DNA from: a virus
Length of the DNA: 64,000 nucleotides
IMG/VR virus record: IMGVR_UViG_3300044922_000290
Span: 32,432 to 96,431 of that record
Direction: 5' to 3' (one strand)
In this document: in pieces, positions 25,877-36,286 of the stretch
How the letters are laid out: every line of letters starts with the position of its first letter
Position numbering within the stretch: the stretch's first letter is position 1
Position numbers and translations under genes: made by a program
The notes under the pieces: generated by a model
What the model was told of the DNA's origin: nothing
Databases searched by the model: none
What the model saw: only the letters and a program-made list of their open reading frames with translations

Positions 25877-28327
25877 ATGTTAGGACAAGTAAAATTACTC
25901 CCAGACCAAATGGTGTCTGATGAAAAGAAAGCTACCAAAGAATGGCAGAAGAATAATTTAGATGCTTTTGAAAACATTATTATGTTTGAGAATCGTCAAT
26001 TACGACCTACCTTATATAATAAGTTTAACAACTATAATCTAAAGAGAGGGGTAATAAACCAAGCAGATTTTGAGAAAATACTAGACCCACAGGGACTAGG
26101 ATTAAATTCTTTCCCTGCAAGATTAGAACATATGGGTTTTGGTAATGCCAAAATAGACCTACTTGTAGGGGAACATATGAACCGTAGGTTTGATTGGAGA
26201 GTAACACTTTCTAATAATGATGCTGAAGGTATTTCAGGAAAAGAACAAAGAATGATGGGTAGGGTAAAGCAAGAACTTGTAGATATGTTACAAGGGAACC
26301 TACCTGAAGAAGAAGCACAAGCAAGACTACAAAGGCTTTCTGATTACATGAACTATGAATGGCAAGATGTAGCAGAATCAGGAGCTCAAAAGATATTAAA
26401 GTATTATTACAAACAACAGGATTTAGATACAATATTTAACAGGGCATTTGAAGATGCTCTGATTGCAGGTGAACAAATAGTATTTACAGAAGCACTAGGT
26501 AAAGAACTCTTTATAAGAAAAGGAGACCCAACAAAAATCTTTACCATTATGTCTGCTGAATCAATAGATGAATCAGGACTTGAGGCACTAGTAGAGGTAA
26601 GCTACCAAACAGTATCAAATGTACTAGACAATTTCCATCCTTACTTAGATACAGAAGCCATAGCTAAACTACAAGCCTTTAAAGGTATCTCACCTTTTGG
26701 TGGTACATCTGGTTGGACTTACCCTACTTATGGGCCTGTAGGTGAACTTGCAGTACCTGATAATTCTATTACAGCTTCAGGTATATTTCCTGTATCTGAA
26801 TTAGAAAGAACACTATTTGCAACAAACATAGATGTGAATGGTAATATGCGTGTTGTGCATTGCTTGTGGAAATCAAAAAGAAAAGTAAAACTACTTAAGT
26901 CTTTCAACGAAGAAACAGGACTGGAAGAAGAAAAATATGTACATCAAAAGTACAAAGCTAACAAACTTTTGGGAGAAGAAGTAGTAAAAGAAATGTGGGT
27001 AAATGAATGGTGGAGAGGTTTTAAGATTGGGTATGATATATACGTAAAGATAGAACCTGTACCATTCCTTTCTACATCACTAGACAATATCTCACGTCAA
27101 GAACCACCTGTTACTATACAGATATATAATACAAATACTTCAAAGGCACAATCCTTAATGGATATTTGTAAACCCTTTGATTATATGTTAGATGTACTTT
27201 ACTTTAAAAAGAAACATTTAACATCACTTATGTTACCTGACGTGTTGGTATTTCCTACTTCAATGATGCCTGATAACATGAATCTTGAAGAGTTCATCAA
27301 TTATATACAGACTACTGCAATCATGCCTTTAGATCCTACTGCTGAAATAGACAATGGAGCATTGGCAGGTAAAGCAGCAGGACAAATAAACAATACAGTA
27401 GGAGCACAAATAGTATCAGCAGCTCAAAATGGCCCACTATCAGTAATAGGTTCACTTATAGATACTACTTTACAAAGTATGGATCAGGTAACTGGCATTA
27501 CACAACAAAGACAAGGCGCTATACAAAATAGAGAATTAGTAGGTAACGTAGAAAGGTCTGTAACACAATCTTCTCATATAACAGAGAAATGGTTTAGGCT
27601 GAATGATAAATTTAAACTAAGGACGTTACGTAAAGTAATGAATATTTCTATTCAGCAATTCAAGGAGAACCCAAAGAAATTCCAATACATATTAGACGAC
27701 CTTACAACATTAGTCTTATCAGATGAAGAACTTACAGCAATACAAGCTTCTGAATTTGACTTGCATGTAACCAACTCTACTAATGATGCACTAATAATGC
27801 AGAAGATAGAAGGCTTATTCCAAGTTGCAATGCAAAATGGTACAGCTACTCTTTCTGATGTACTTGAAATCTACCAAAATGAATCTATTGCTAATGCAAC
27901 TGCCAAACTTAAACTACGTGAAAAACAAAGACAAGAGAAAGCAGCTGAAGCAGAGAAACAACAAATAGAAATCAAAAAACAACTTGATTTAGCTGCACAA
28001 GAAATAGAAGATAGAAAAGTAAGGTTAGAAGCTGCACGTCTAGAACTAGAAAGATATAAGATAGATACAGACAGAGAAACTAAACTGGAAGTAGCTCAAC
28101 TACAAGCTCAATCATTTGACCCTGAAAAGGATTATAATAATAACAATGAGCCTGACTATTTAGAAATGAGAAAACTAGATTTAGAACAACAGAAGATAGA
28201 ATTACAACGTCAATCTGAATCTATAAGAGTTTCACTAGAACAACTAAAAGAGAAGAATAAGAAAGAGATAGCTCAACAAAAGCTAGAAGTAGATAAAATA
28301 AAAGCAAGAAAAGGTGGAAGTAAGTAA
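25877..28327 (+). CDS. portal protein
   Basis: 816 aa directly after terL; KIDLLVGE, VVHCLWKS, VNEWWRG, GITQQRQG...ELVGNVERS typical of crAss-like portals. Confidence 0.88.
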   Translation: MLGQVKLLPDQMVSDEKKATKEWQKNNLDAFENIIMFENRQLRPTLYNKFNNYNLKRGVINQADFEKILDPQGLGLNSFPARLEHMGFGNAKIDLLVGEHMNRRFDWRVTLSNNDAEGISGKEQRMMGRVKQELVDMLQGNLPEEEAQARLQRLSDYMNYEWQDVAESGAQKILKYYYKQQDLDTIFNRAFEDALIAGEQIVFTEALGKELFIRKGDPTKIFTIMSAESIDESGLEALVEVSYQTVSNVLDNFHPYLDTEAIAKLQAFKGISPFGGTSGWTYPTYGPVGELAVPDNSITASGIFPVSELERTLFATNIDVNGNMRVVHCLWKSKRKVKLLKSFNEETGLEEEKYVHQKYKANKLLGEEVVKEMWVNEWWRGFKIGYDIYVKIEPVPFLSTSLDNISRQEPPVTIQIYNTNTSKAQSLMDICKPFDYMLDVLYFKKKHLTSLMLPDVLVFPTSMMPDNMNLEEFINYIQTTAIMPLDPTAEIDNGALAGKAAGQINNTVGAQIVSAAQNGPLSVIGSLIDTTLQSMDQVTGITQQRQGAIQNRELVGNVERSVTQSSHITEKWFRLNDKFKLRTLRKVMNISIQQFKENPKKFQYILDDLTTLVLSDEELTAIQASEFDLHVTNSTNDALIMQKIEGLFQVAMQNGTATLSDVLEIYQNESIANATAKLKLREKQRQEKAAEAEKQQIEIKKQLDLAAQEIEDRKVRLEAARLELERYKIDTDRETKLEVAQLQAQSFDPEKDYNNNNEPDYLEMRKLDLEQQKIELQRQSESIRVSLEQLKEKNKKEIAQQKLEVDKIKARKGGSK

Positions 28328-28676
28328 ATTTATTGGAAGATTATTCCATGCACGTGATACAGCACATCTATATCATTTATCATTAGAAGGCCCAGGAGCA
28401 TATGCAGCACATGTAGCAGCAGAAGCCTTTTATGATAAACTATTAGATTTTACTGATACTCTAATAGAATCACATCAAGGTAAGTACGGGCTATTATCTT
28501 TAACTATACAAGCTTCCTATACAGAAGTAAGTAAAGATTTTATCTCTTATCTTAAAGCACTATTGACTTATATTGAAACAGAATGTCCCTTTACAGACTC
28601 TGATGAACTCAATATTATAGACGAAATAAAGACTCTTACTAAACAAACCTTATATAAATTAACGTACTTGAAGTAG
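28314..28676 (+). CDS. Dps/ferritin-like four-helix protein (DUF5856-like)
   Basis: AHLYHL...YAAHVA..AFYD.L....DTLIESHQGKYG...LNIIDEI..L..QTLYKL. Confidence 0.75.
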   Translation: MEVSKFIGRLFHARDTAHLYHLSLEGPGAYAAHVAAEAFYDKLLDFTDTLIESHQGKYGLLSLTIQASYTEVSKDFISYLKALLTYIETECPFTDSDELNIIDEIKTLTKQTLYKLTYLK

Positions 28677-28695
28677 GTTTTATATACAAGTTATA

Positions 28696-28708
28696 TATAA
28701 TTGCTATA
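28696..28708 (+). promoter_or_regulatory. candidate late-gene motif TATAATTGCTATA
   Basis: Second exact copy, upstream of the scaffold and capsid genes. Confidence 0.45.
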
Positions 28709-28778
28709 TATGCCTATAATTTTAATTTTAATTAATGCAACAAATAGTTAATATTTGTGCGTTTAAAACACATATTTT

Positions 28779-29924
28779 ATGGAAATAGAAAATTTAGAAG
28801 TTATTCCTTTTGACCAGATTGGTAAAGAACCAGAAGTAAAAAAGGAAAAAACAGCAGCAGAAGAAGAACCAAAGAAAACTGAAGTAACATCAGACGATGG
28901 TCTTATTGCTTTTGATGACTTAATGAAGCCATCAGATGAACCTGTGGAAGGTAAAGAAGCTCCAAAGAAAGTAGAAGAAAATACTAATGTACTTTCTAAA
29001 ACCCTTAAAGCTCTTTACGAGAAAGAAGGACTAGAGTTTAATGAAGAAGAGTTTGATGGTACTATAGAAAGTTATCTTTCTCTGCAAGAAGATTTATCTG
29101 ACAGAAAAGCACAAGTAAAACTAGACTCTCATATACAGAACAACCTTAACCCTCTTAATAAGAAGTTCATTGAGTTAGTTGATAGTGGTGTACCAGTTGA
29201 AGATGCAGCAGATTTAATGAAATCTCTAAAGACTATCTCACAAATTAACAAAGATGATATTGCTTCAGATTTAGAGTTAGCTGAAAAGATACAAAAAGAA
29301 TACTTGCGTAATACAACTAACTTTTCTCCTGATAAAATAGACAGGGAAATTAAGAAGTCTAAAGAGGCAGGTGTATTAATGGAAGAAGCTGAATCTAACT
29401 ATGATGAGTTAGTTGAAGTAGTAAATAATTACGAAGCACAGCTAAAACAAGAAGTAGCTAAACAAAGCCAATACCAACAAGCTCAAGCACAAAGGCAACT
29501 ACAAGACTTACAAGACTTTATTGAAAGTACTGAAGAAATTGGTGGAATAAAGTTATCTAAGAAACTTAAAGAATCTTGGACTAAGGAATACCAAACAGTT
29601 GAAGCTAATGGTCAGAAAGTAAATCCAATATTTGCTACCCGCCAAAAAGATGAAGCTAAGTTTGATGCTCTTTTACGTTTCTATCATACCATTGGTTTAT
29701 TTAAATATGACACTCGCAAAAAGGATTTTATTCCTGATTTAAGTGTTCTTAAAAATGTAGGTAAAGCTGATGTAATAAAAGAACTAGAAGCAGCTATAAC
29801 TAATAACAACCAGAAAAGCATAAACAAATCATTTGGTACTACCTCTACAGATACTATGGAACAGGTAATAAATGATGGTTATGCCAAACTAGCAGAAGCA
29901 GTAAAAAACAAAAAAATAAAATAA
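28779..29924 (+). CDS. putative scaffolding protein
   Basis: Acidic low-complexity N-terminus, coiled-coil, located directly before the capsid gene. Confidence 0.65.
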   Translation: MEIENLEVIPFDQIGKEPEVKKEKTAAEEEPKKTEVTSDDGLIAFDDLMKPSDEPVEGKEAPKKVEENTNVLSKTLKALYEKEGLEFNEEEFDGTIESYLSLQEDLSDRKAQVKLDSHIQNNLNPLNKKFIELVDSGVPVEDAADLMKSLKTISQINKDDIASDLELAEKIQKEYLRNTTNFSPDKIDREIKKSKEAGVLMEEAESNYDELVEVVNNYEAQLKQEVAKQSQYQQAQAQRQLQDLQDFIESTEEIGGIKLSKKLKESWTKEYQTVEANGQKVNPIFATRQKDEAKFDALLRFYHTIGLFKYDTRKKDFIPDLSVLKNVGKADVIKELEAAITNNNQKSINKSFGTTSTDTMEQVINDGYAKLAEAVKNKKIK

Positions 29925-29948
29925 CAACTAAAAAACAAATAATTTAAA

Positions 29949-31472
29949 ATGATTGAAAATTTTGGAACCCTCTCAAAACTAGGCCCTAAAAGTTACATTG
30001 GGCCTTTGAAAGTACCTCACTTGGGTGAACTAGGTGAGAAATTTGGCTACGATGTAGAAAAAATGGTCTATCGCAGATTGTTTCAATATCTACCTGCTGA
30101 TGATTATATCGCATTTATGCGTGAATTTCCAGTACATGCCTTAGACACTAGCAATGATTATTTCTTCTGGCGTCTTGGCGGTACTAATCAAAAGGTAGTA
30201 ACTCTACTTGACTGGTCTGACTTAGCAGGTGCTAAACCTTCTAAAGTAGGTCAAAATAACGCTCAATGGTATATGTACTTTGCTGAGCCTCTATTTAAGG
30301 TTGGTGATGTAGTTCTTGGTGATACACCTCTTGACTACAATATCATGGTTAAAGATTTTACAGAGGTTTCTAAAGACAAATATGAGTACCGTGTAGAACT
30401 TATTAATCAAGGTTCTCCTCTAATGTCTGTACCTGATTCAGAATTAACTGTAGGTTCAAACTGGTCTAAAGGCTGGCAATTGTCTCCTAACGAGCGTTCT
30501 TACCAAGGTACTGATTTTTATATGAATACCTTTGTTGAGCTTAAAGCCCCTACTTCATTGCACCGTATGCAATACAAAGTAGATGGTAACATGATTGAGC
30601 AAAACAAACCAATGCCTTTTGGTATGGTATTTAAAGATGATGCAGGTGCTAAAATCTCTGTAGGTGCTTATGTAAACTACTTTGATGCTCTTGCTATCCA
30701 TCAGTTTGAAATGCAAGCTGCCCGTGCTTTCATTCTTTCTCAAAAGAACTATGATAGCTCTGATATGGTTTATAACATTGACGAGAAAAACAAATGTGTT
30801 ATTAAATCATTCCCAGGTTTCTTCAAACAAATTGCTGCAACAAACACTATTCCTCAAAACTCTATTAACTTAGACCAAATAGTTGACATTGCACAAGACT
30901 TGAACTTGGCTTACAAATATGATGAGCAACTTTACCTAGTAATTGAAACAGGTTACTATGGTTACCAAGAAGCTTCTAAATGGCTAGAAAACCGTTCAAC
31001 TACTTACACTCCTAACTGGACTTTACATCGCATTCAAGAGAATGGTGATATGGGTGGTCAAGGTTTAACTTACCAAGGTGTATTCACTCGTTTCCGTTCT
31101 TACAATGGTGTAAACATTGAAATACGTTTCCGTAAGTTCTTTGATGATCCTGAATTGTGGAAACAAAAAGATCCTTCAGGCTTAGGTCTAGTATCTTCTC
31201 GCCACATGTTAATCCGTTCAGGTGTTAAAGCTGATGGTCAATTCCTAGGTGATAGTGGTATTAAACGTCTATCTGTGAAAGCTTACGAAGATGGTATCTT
31301 CCGTTACATTCCAGGTATGCGTAACCCATTCTCTCCAGGTGGTACAGGTTGGGCAGGTAAATCTTCTACAGTATCTCCTGAAGATGCTTATGAAGTACAT
31401 GGTATGATGTATAATGGTTGCGTTATCGAAGACCCAACTAAAATACTATTCTTGCCACGTAACGTAGCTTAA
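29949..31472 (+). CDS. major capsid protein
   Basis: 507 aa; position after the scaffold; strong codon bias (CGT, GGT); crAss-type C-terminus YIPGMRNPF...SPEDAYEVH...IEDPTK. Confidence 0.85.
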   Translation: MIENFGTLSKLGPKSYIGPLKVPHLGELGEKFGYDVEKMVYRRLFQYLPADDYIAFMREFPVHALDTSNDYFFWRLGGTNQKVVTLLDWSDLAGAKPSKVGQNNAQWYMYFAEPLFKVGDVVLGDTPLDYNIMVKDFTEVSKDKYEYRVELINQGSPLMSVPDSELTVGSNWSKGWQLSPNERSYQGTDFYMNTFVELKAPTSLHRMQYKVDGNMIEQNKPMPFGMVFKDDAGAKISVGAYVNYFDALAIHQFEMQAARAFILSQKNYDSSDMVYNIDEKNKCVIKSFPGFFKQIAATNTIPQNSINLDQIVDIAQDLNLAYKYDEQLYLVIETGYYGYQEASKWLENRSTTYTPNWTLHRIQENGDMGGQGLTYQGVFTRFRSYNGVNIEIRFRKFFDDPELWKQKDPSGLGLVSSRHMLIRSGVKADGQFLGDSGIKRLSVKAYEDGIFRYIPGMRNPFSPGGTGWAGKSSTVSPEDAYEVHGMMYNGCVIEDPTKILFLPRNVA

Positions 31473-31484
31473 ATTTAATTAAAC

Positions 31485-31530
31485 ATTTTGGGGCTAGTAT
31501 AAATTTCGTATATTAGCCCCAAAATTATTT
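31485..31530 (+). terminator. hairpin after the capsid gene (terminator or attenuator)
   Basis: ATTTTGGGGCTAGTATA/TATATTAGCCCCAAAAT followed by a T-rich stretch. Confidence 0.65.
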
Positions 31531-31532
31531 TT

Positions 31533-32510
31533 ATGGAAAAAGAAACAAAAACAAAATCAGCTCCTGCTGATAAAACAGAAGGCATGTCATTTGAACAGAT
31601 TGTTGCAAATGGTCTTCACCCGTATCTTAAGCCTAAGAAGCTTAAAATTAAAGCTATCAATTCCTTGAAGTTTGAAGGTCAGACTATTTCTGAACTACCT
31701 CAAGGTTTTATGATGGACAATCAAACGTATAAACTTGATTTACCTATTGATGGTAAAACAGGTCAATTAGTAAAAGTATTTGATACTACTACTAAGCAAT
31801 TTGTACCTGAATACAATCAGGAAATGACTGAACTAGAGTTCTTTTCAAAAGAAAAGAATATGGATTTAGCTACAAATGCAAAGAACAATAACTTTTGGAA
31901 AGCTTATACAGACCCTGTTACTCGTGATTCACAAAGGGCTTTTACTCTAGACATTCCTAAGAATGGTATAGAACTAGACCTAACACGTGTAGAAGATTGT
32001 CTTAAAGCTAAGATTGCTTATGCAAACAGAAAGTATATTGCACCAAATTGGGAAGACAGGTTTGATCGTCCTACTTATAAGTTTGCCATAGTTGATGAAA
32101 ATCGTCAATTTGACAACAAGAAAGAATTGCTTGATAAACGTACTAAAGCAATACAGTTATACGCAACAGAATATGTAGGTCAAGAAAATAAACTACGTAA
32201 TTTTATTGTTGTACATAACCCGCTTAAGAAACTTAACAAAGCAACCTCTTTAGCTACACTAGAAACTTATGTAGGAGAACTGGCAACAGAAAAACCTGAT
32301 GAGTTCTTTAATGTACATAAAGATCCTTTCTTCTTACTAAAGACTAAGATTTATAAAGCTATTGAAGTTGGTTACATTCTTTATGCAACTAAAACTACCT
32401 ACAAAACAGTTAATGATGAACCACTAGGTACTATCATGGACATTATAGGTAAATGCAAAGAAGATGTAAACTTCCTTAATAGAATTGAAAAAGAAATACA
32501 AGATAAGTAG
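31533..32510 (+). CDS. crAss-like conserved structural or assembly protein (gene 75-like)
   Basis: NNFWK...LDLT..ED...IAP...YKFAIVDE; synteny. Confidence 0.65.
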   Translation: MEKETKTKSAPADKTEGMSFEQIVANGLHPYLKPKKLKIKAINSLKFEGQTISELPQGFMMDNQTYKLDLPIDGKTGQLVKVFDTTTKQFVPEYNQEMTELEFFSKEKNMDLATNAKNNNFWKAYTDPVTRDSQRAFTLDIPKNGIELDLTRVEDCLKAKIAYANRKYIAPNWEDRFDRPTYKFAIVDENRQFDNKKELLDKRTKAIQLYATEYVGQENKLRNFIVVHNPLKKLNKATSLATLETYVGELATEKPDEFFNVHKDPFFLLKTKIYKAIEVGYILYATKTTYKTVNDEPLGTIMDIIGKCKEDVNFLNRIEKEIQDK

Positions 32511-32513
32511 AGC

Positions 32514-33347
32514 ATGACAGCAAACGAGTGGAGAGATATTTTTGTAGTTGAATACGAAAAGATAACATCTAATGGAGCACCAGACATTGAGGATGCACAG
32601 TTATCCATTCTCTTCACCAACGCTCAGTTGCACTTTGTTCAAACTCGTATAAGCACACTCAATCTAAAGAAAGAAGGCTTAGAGGAAACAGAGGTAAGAA
32701 TGCAGGGGTTATCAGGGTTAATAACTGATTCTGATGACCCCTTTAATTCTATAGGCACTACAACAGTATCTTCAGAACAACAAGGTGTATTTTCTAATTA
32801 CAATCTGCAAGGAACATTCTGGGATTTACCTCAGAACTTTATGTATGCCATATATGAAGATGTAACTATTGATAAAATAGATTGCTCAACAAATGACTAT
32901 GGAATACTTACAGTAGATGTAGTAAGGCATGATGAGATAAAAAGAAACTCTGTAAATCCTTTTAAAAGACCTTATTGGAATGGTAATGAAGGTACAGCAT
33001 GGAGAGTAGCCTATCAAAGGAATAACTCTGCATATGGAGCTTCTACTACTACCAACCCAACTTACAATCCATTAGTAACAGATGGTTATTCATTCCTTGT
33101 AGGACAAACTCCAAAGAGGCATGAACTAATAACTAATGGACAATTTACTATTACTGATTACAAACTTAGGTTTCTTAAGATACCTAAACAAATAGTTGTA
33201 GATATTACCAATCCTACACTACAAAGAAATTGTGAGCTAGATTACTCTACTCACTTGGCAATAATTGGTATTGCAGTTGATATGGCTAAAGAAGCCTTGA
33301 ATCAACCAAATACACAAATTATTCCAAATATGCAACAAGTTGAATAA
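32514..33347 (+). CDS. tail ring/adaptor protein (gene 74-like)
   Basis: MTANE...EYEK...LSILFTNAQ...NPFKRP...YKLRFLK.P...CEL..STH..I...AV..A. Confidence 0.7.
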   Translation: MTANEWRDIFVVEYEKITSNGAPDIEDAQLSILFTNAQLHFVQTRISTLNLKKEGLEETEVRMQGLSGLITDSDDPFNSIGTTTVSSEQQGVFSNYNLQGTFWDLPQNFMYAIYEDVTIDKIDCSTNDYGILTVDVVRHDEIKRNSVNPFKRPYWNGNEGTAWRVAYQRNNSAYGASTTTNPTYNPLVTDGYSFLVGQTPKRHELITNGQFTITDYKLRFLKIPKQIVVDITNPTLQRNCELDYSTHLAIIGIAVDMAKEALNQPNTQIIPNMQQVE

Positions 33348-33379
33348 TTTTAAGTATAAAGGCTAAAACAAAACAAACA

Positions 33380-33934
33380 ATGAGCGTAACAATTACAGCC
33401 CAAGAAATAACAAGAGCAAATAACCCACAACCACTAGGTCAAACAGAATCTGGTATTGTGCGTGCAAATGTTTACAATGATGTAGTAACAGATTTAGGTA
33501 ATCTAGCTACAGCAGTAAATGATATATCAACCACAACAGGAACTGTAAAAGCTGATATAGTATCAGAATACACAGCAGGTTCAGGAGTAACTGTAGATTC
33601 AGTATTACTTAAAGATGGTTATGTATCTCCAACTAAAGCAGCTTACACACAAGGAACTAGCAAAACTACAGCAGTGCCTATTACTACACGTACAGGTACA
33701 ATAACTACATTTGCTCTTACAGATGCAGCTAATGCTTCTTTCTCTTTTGATGTAACTCTAACAGGGCTAGCAGCTACTAACGTACCTTTACTTACTGTAG
33801 ACCAAAATTCTTCTACAGGTTTTGCAGTAGCTTCAGCTAAAGCAGATACAAACAAAATTACTGTTACAGTAAAGAACGTAGATGCAAGTGCAGCTTTAAA
33901 CGCAGCAATTAAAATTCATTATACAATACTATAA
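33380..33934 (+). CDS. virion structural protein (head fibre or decoration-like)
   Basis: Thr/Ala-rich, beta-rich; TQGTSKTTAV. Confidence 0.6.
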   Translation: MSVTITAQEITRANNPQPLGQTESGIVRANVYNDVVTDLGNLATAVNDISTTTGTVKADIVSEYTAGSGVTVDSVLLKDGYVSPTKAAYTQGTSKTTAVPITTRTGTITTFALTDAANASFSFDVTLTGLAATNVPLLTVDQNSSTGFAVASAKADTNKITVTVKNVDASAALNAAIKIHYTIL

Positions 33935-33953
33935 CAATCTAAAAAAATAAAAA

Positions 33954-34364
33954 ATGAAAACTTTTTCAAGAACAATTGAATTAACAGAAGCCCAGATAGA
34001 AGGGCTAAACACAGGTTCTCCTGTACCTTTGACTTTACTAAGTGCTCCTGCAACAGGTAAAGCATTTGTAGTAACAGGCGCTCAACTTTGGAAAACAGCA
34101 GGTAATGCTGCAACAGTAGGTACAGGTGAAATTATCATATCTTATGGTAGTGACACTAATGGTGTACTGCAATTCTCTAACGTAGATGCTTCTACAGGTG
34201 CTCTAGGTAACAATGCTCAAGACCGTATTCAAATAGCTTCTCATTTAAGTAATGCTGTAGCTGCAAATGGTGCAACAGTATCTATTTCAGCTAATGCAGC
34301 TATTGCTTGTGCAACAGGTACTACAGCTAAAATTAAACTAGACTGCCAACTAATTGACTTATAA
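33954..34364 (+). CDS. virion structural protein
   Basis: 136 aa, beta-rich. Confidence 0.6.
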   Translation: MKTFSRTIELTEAQIEGLNTGSPVPLTLLSAPATGKAFVVTGAQLWKTAGNAATVGTGEIIISYGSDTNGVLQFSNVDASTGALGNNAQDRIQIASHLSNAVAANGATVSISANAAIACATGTTAKIKLDCQLIDL

Positions 34365-34388
34365 TTAAAAATATAAAAATATAAAAAA

Positions 34389-35696
34389 ATGAAATCACAA
34401 AGTGTAATTAAAGACCAATTCAGGCTAATTGTAGCAAAAGACATTGCTCGTACAGCAACAGTTGGTGCATTAGCCTCTCCAACATCAGTAGCTGATGGTG
34501 AAGTAGTAGTAACAGATGCAGGTAATGTAATCTTAAGTTCTGGTACAGTAGTAGGTGTTGATCGTATTAAAATTGTACAAGGTCGTGGAGCCTCTAAACC
34601 TCTATTTGAAACAGCTACATTTGCTTTTGCAGATGTTTATCAGTACAAAGGCCAAGCTTTTGAAGATGCTCAACAACAAGTAACCTATCTAGGTTATGAT
34701 GCTGTAGCTAACGCAGGTTCAGTAGAAGTATTGAACAACAATGCTTATGCAATGACTATTACTTTCCAAGAAATTACTGTTCCTGGTTTGCAAGGTTCTT
34801 ATGTTCCTGTATCAGTATGGTATCAATCAGATGCTACAGCTACTCAAGCTAAAGTAGTAAATGGTTTGTACAACAACCTTGTTAGGCAACTAGCTAACTT
34901 TAACCTTCCTGTAATTCTTGCAGAACGTGTTTCTAGTGTTAACCCAGCTACAACAGTAACCCCAACTGCAACTGTATCTCAAGGTTCTAAAACAGTAACT
35001 ATGGTAGGCGGTACTACTGCTTTTGTAGCAGGAGATTACATTCGTTTTGGTGCGACTACAGCTGTTGCTTCCCCTGTATACAAAATAGTTTCTGAAACAG
35101 GCACTGGTGTTAATCTTGTACTAGACCAACCTTACCAAGCAGCTGATGCAACAGGTGTAACTGTATCTCAAATATCAGCAGCACAAATTGCAGCAGGTGA
35201 TATGGGTATCAAACTAACAGGTATTGAACAACCATTTGTACTTGACTCACGTCCTGTAGATAAAGTTCAATTCAATGTAGGTATCTCTAACTCACAAGGT
35301 GCAGCTAGCTCTACTACTGTAAGTACTACAGCTATTGCAACTTATGGTCATGGTACTTATGCTCTTATTACTACTCAACAAGCTGATAGCTCTCGTAATG
35401 CAGGTGATTTCTATGGTTATGCAATATACCCATACGACAAGCCTCTTACTACTACAGTAACAGGACAAGATTACTCTACTTTAAACATTGGCACTCGTGT
35501 AGGTCGTGGTTTAAATGGTGAACTTACTCCTAACAACTTTGTAGCTAACATTGAGATTGCTTGTGCTTTGGATGGTAACGTAGCTAATACTTTTGATACT
35601 AACATAGAAGGTCCTTCAGGTGTTGCTGATGTACTTGATGCTTTTATTGCTGGCCCAACTAACTCACCATTTACCCCTCAAATAGGTAACCTATAA
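34389..35696 (+). CDS. auxiliary capsid or structural protein
   Basis: 435 aa with capsid-like codon bias; QQQVTYLGY, GIKLTG, GHGTY. Confidence 0.6.
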   Translation: MKSQSVIKDQFRLIVAKDIARTATVGALASPTSVADGEVVVTDAGNVILSSGTVVGVDRIKIVQGRGASKPLFETATFAFADVYQYKGQAFEDAQQQVTYLGYDAVANAGSVEVLNNNAYAMTITFQEITVPGLQGSYVPVSVWYQSDATATQAKVVNGLYNNLVRQLANFNLPVILAERVSSVNPATTVTPTATVSQGSKTVTMVGGTTAFVAGDYIRFGATTAVASPVYKIVSETGTGVNLVLDQPYQAADATGVTVSQISAAQIAAGDMGIKLTGIEQPFVLDSRPVDKVQFNVGISNSQGAASSTTVSTTAIATYGHGTYALITTQQADSSRNAGDFYGYAIYPYDKPLTTTVTGQDYSTLNIGTRVGRGLNGELTPNNFVANIEIACALDGNVANTFDTNIEGPSGVADVLDAFIAGPTNSPFTPQIGNL

Positions 35697-35697
35697 T

Positions 35698-36285
35698 ATG
35701 GCATATACTCCAAGCCTGAGTATATGTGAAAAGAATCACTGCTCAGACATACTTCTGACTGATTCAAGAGGTTTGTATGATTCTACCCTCAATCCAGATG
35801 GATGGAATGGGGGTAGTAATCCTACCAACTCAACTATTACTTCTGCTACAGTAAGTGTATTATTACCTAATACAACTACTGCTGTAGATTTAGATGTAAC
35901 TGCTTCAGTTACTTCTGCAACTATATTAAACTATCAAAGTATATTTAATTTAGGCACATACAGTGCTACTGACTTAGGTACTACAGGTAAACTACCTGAT
36001 GGTATTTATACTTTTACTTATACTATAGTAGATGGTAGTGATACATACACTTCATCTTATAAAACGTATTTATTTTGTCAAACACGTTGTTGTGTAGACA
36101 AATTGTTAGCAGAAATTCCTAATAGAATGACTGACCTAACATTTATTAATAATGTAGAAATGGCTAATGCCTTTTTACTATCTGCTTCTAAATCTGCCTT
36201 CTCTTGTGGAAAGTTTACAGAAACTCAAAAACTTGTGGAACAAGCTAAAAAGATTTGTAATTTTTATAATAAAACTTGTTGTTAA
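35698..36285 (+). CDS. tail ring/hub-type structural protein
   Basis: LPDGIYTFTYTI and Cys-rich C-terminus. Confidence 0.55.
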   Translation: MAYTPSLSICEKNHCSDILLTDSRGLYDSTLNPDGWNGGSNPTNSTITSATVSVLLPNTTTAVDLDVTASVTSATILNYQSIFNLGTYSATDLGTTGKLPDGIYTFTYTIVDGSDTYTSSYKTYLFCQTRCCVDKLLAEIPNRMTDLTFINNVEMANAFLLSASKSAFSCGKFTETQKLVEQAKKICNFYNKTCC

Positions 36286-36286
36286 T

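Noticed and set aside
3121-31472. Introns or inteins in polA, terL or the capsid gene
   Set aside because: The ORFs are continuous and of normal length, with no intein or homing-endonuclease motifs seen.
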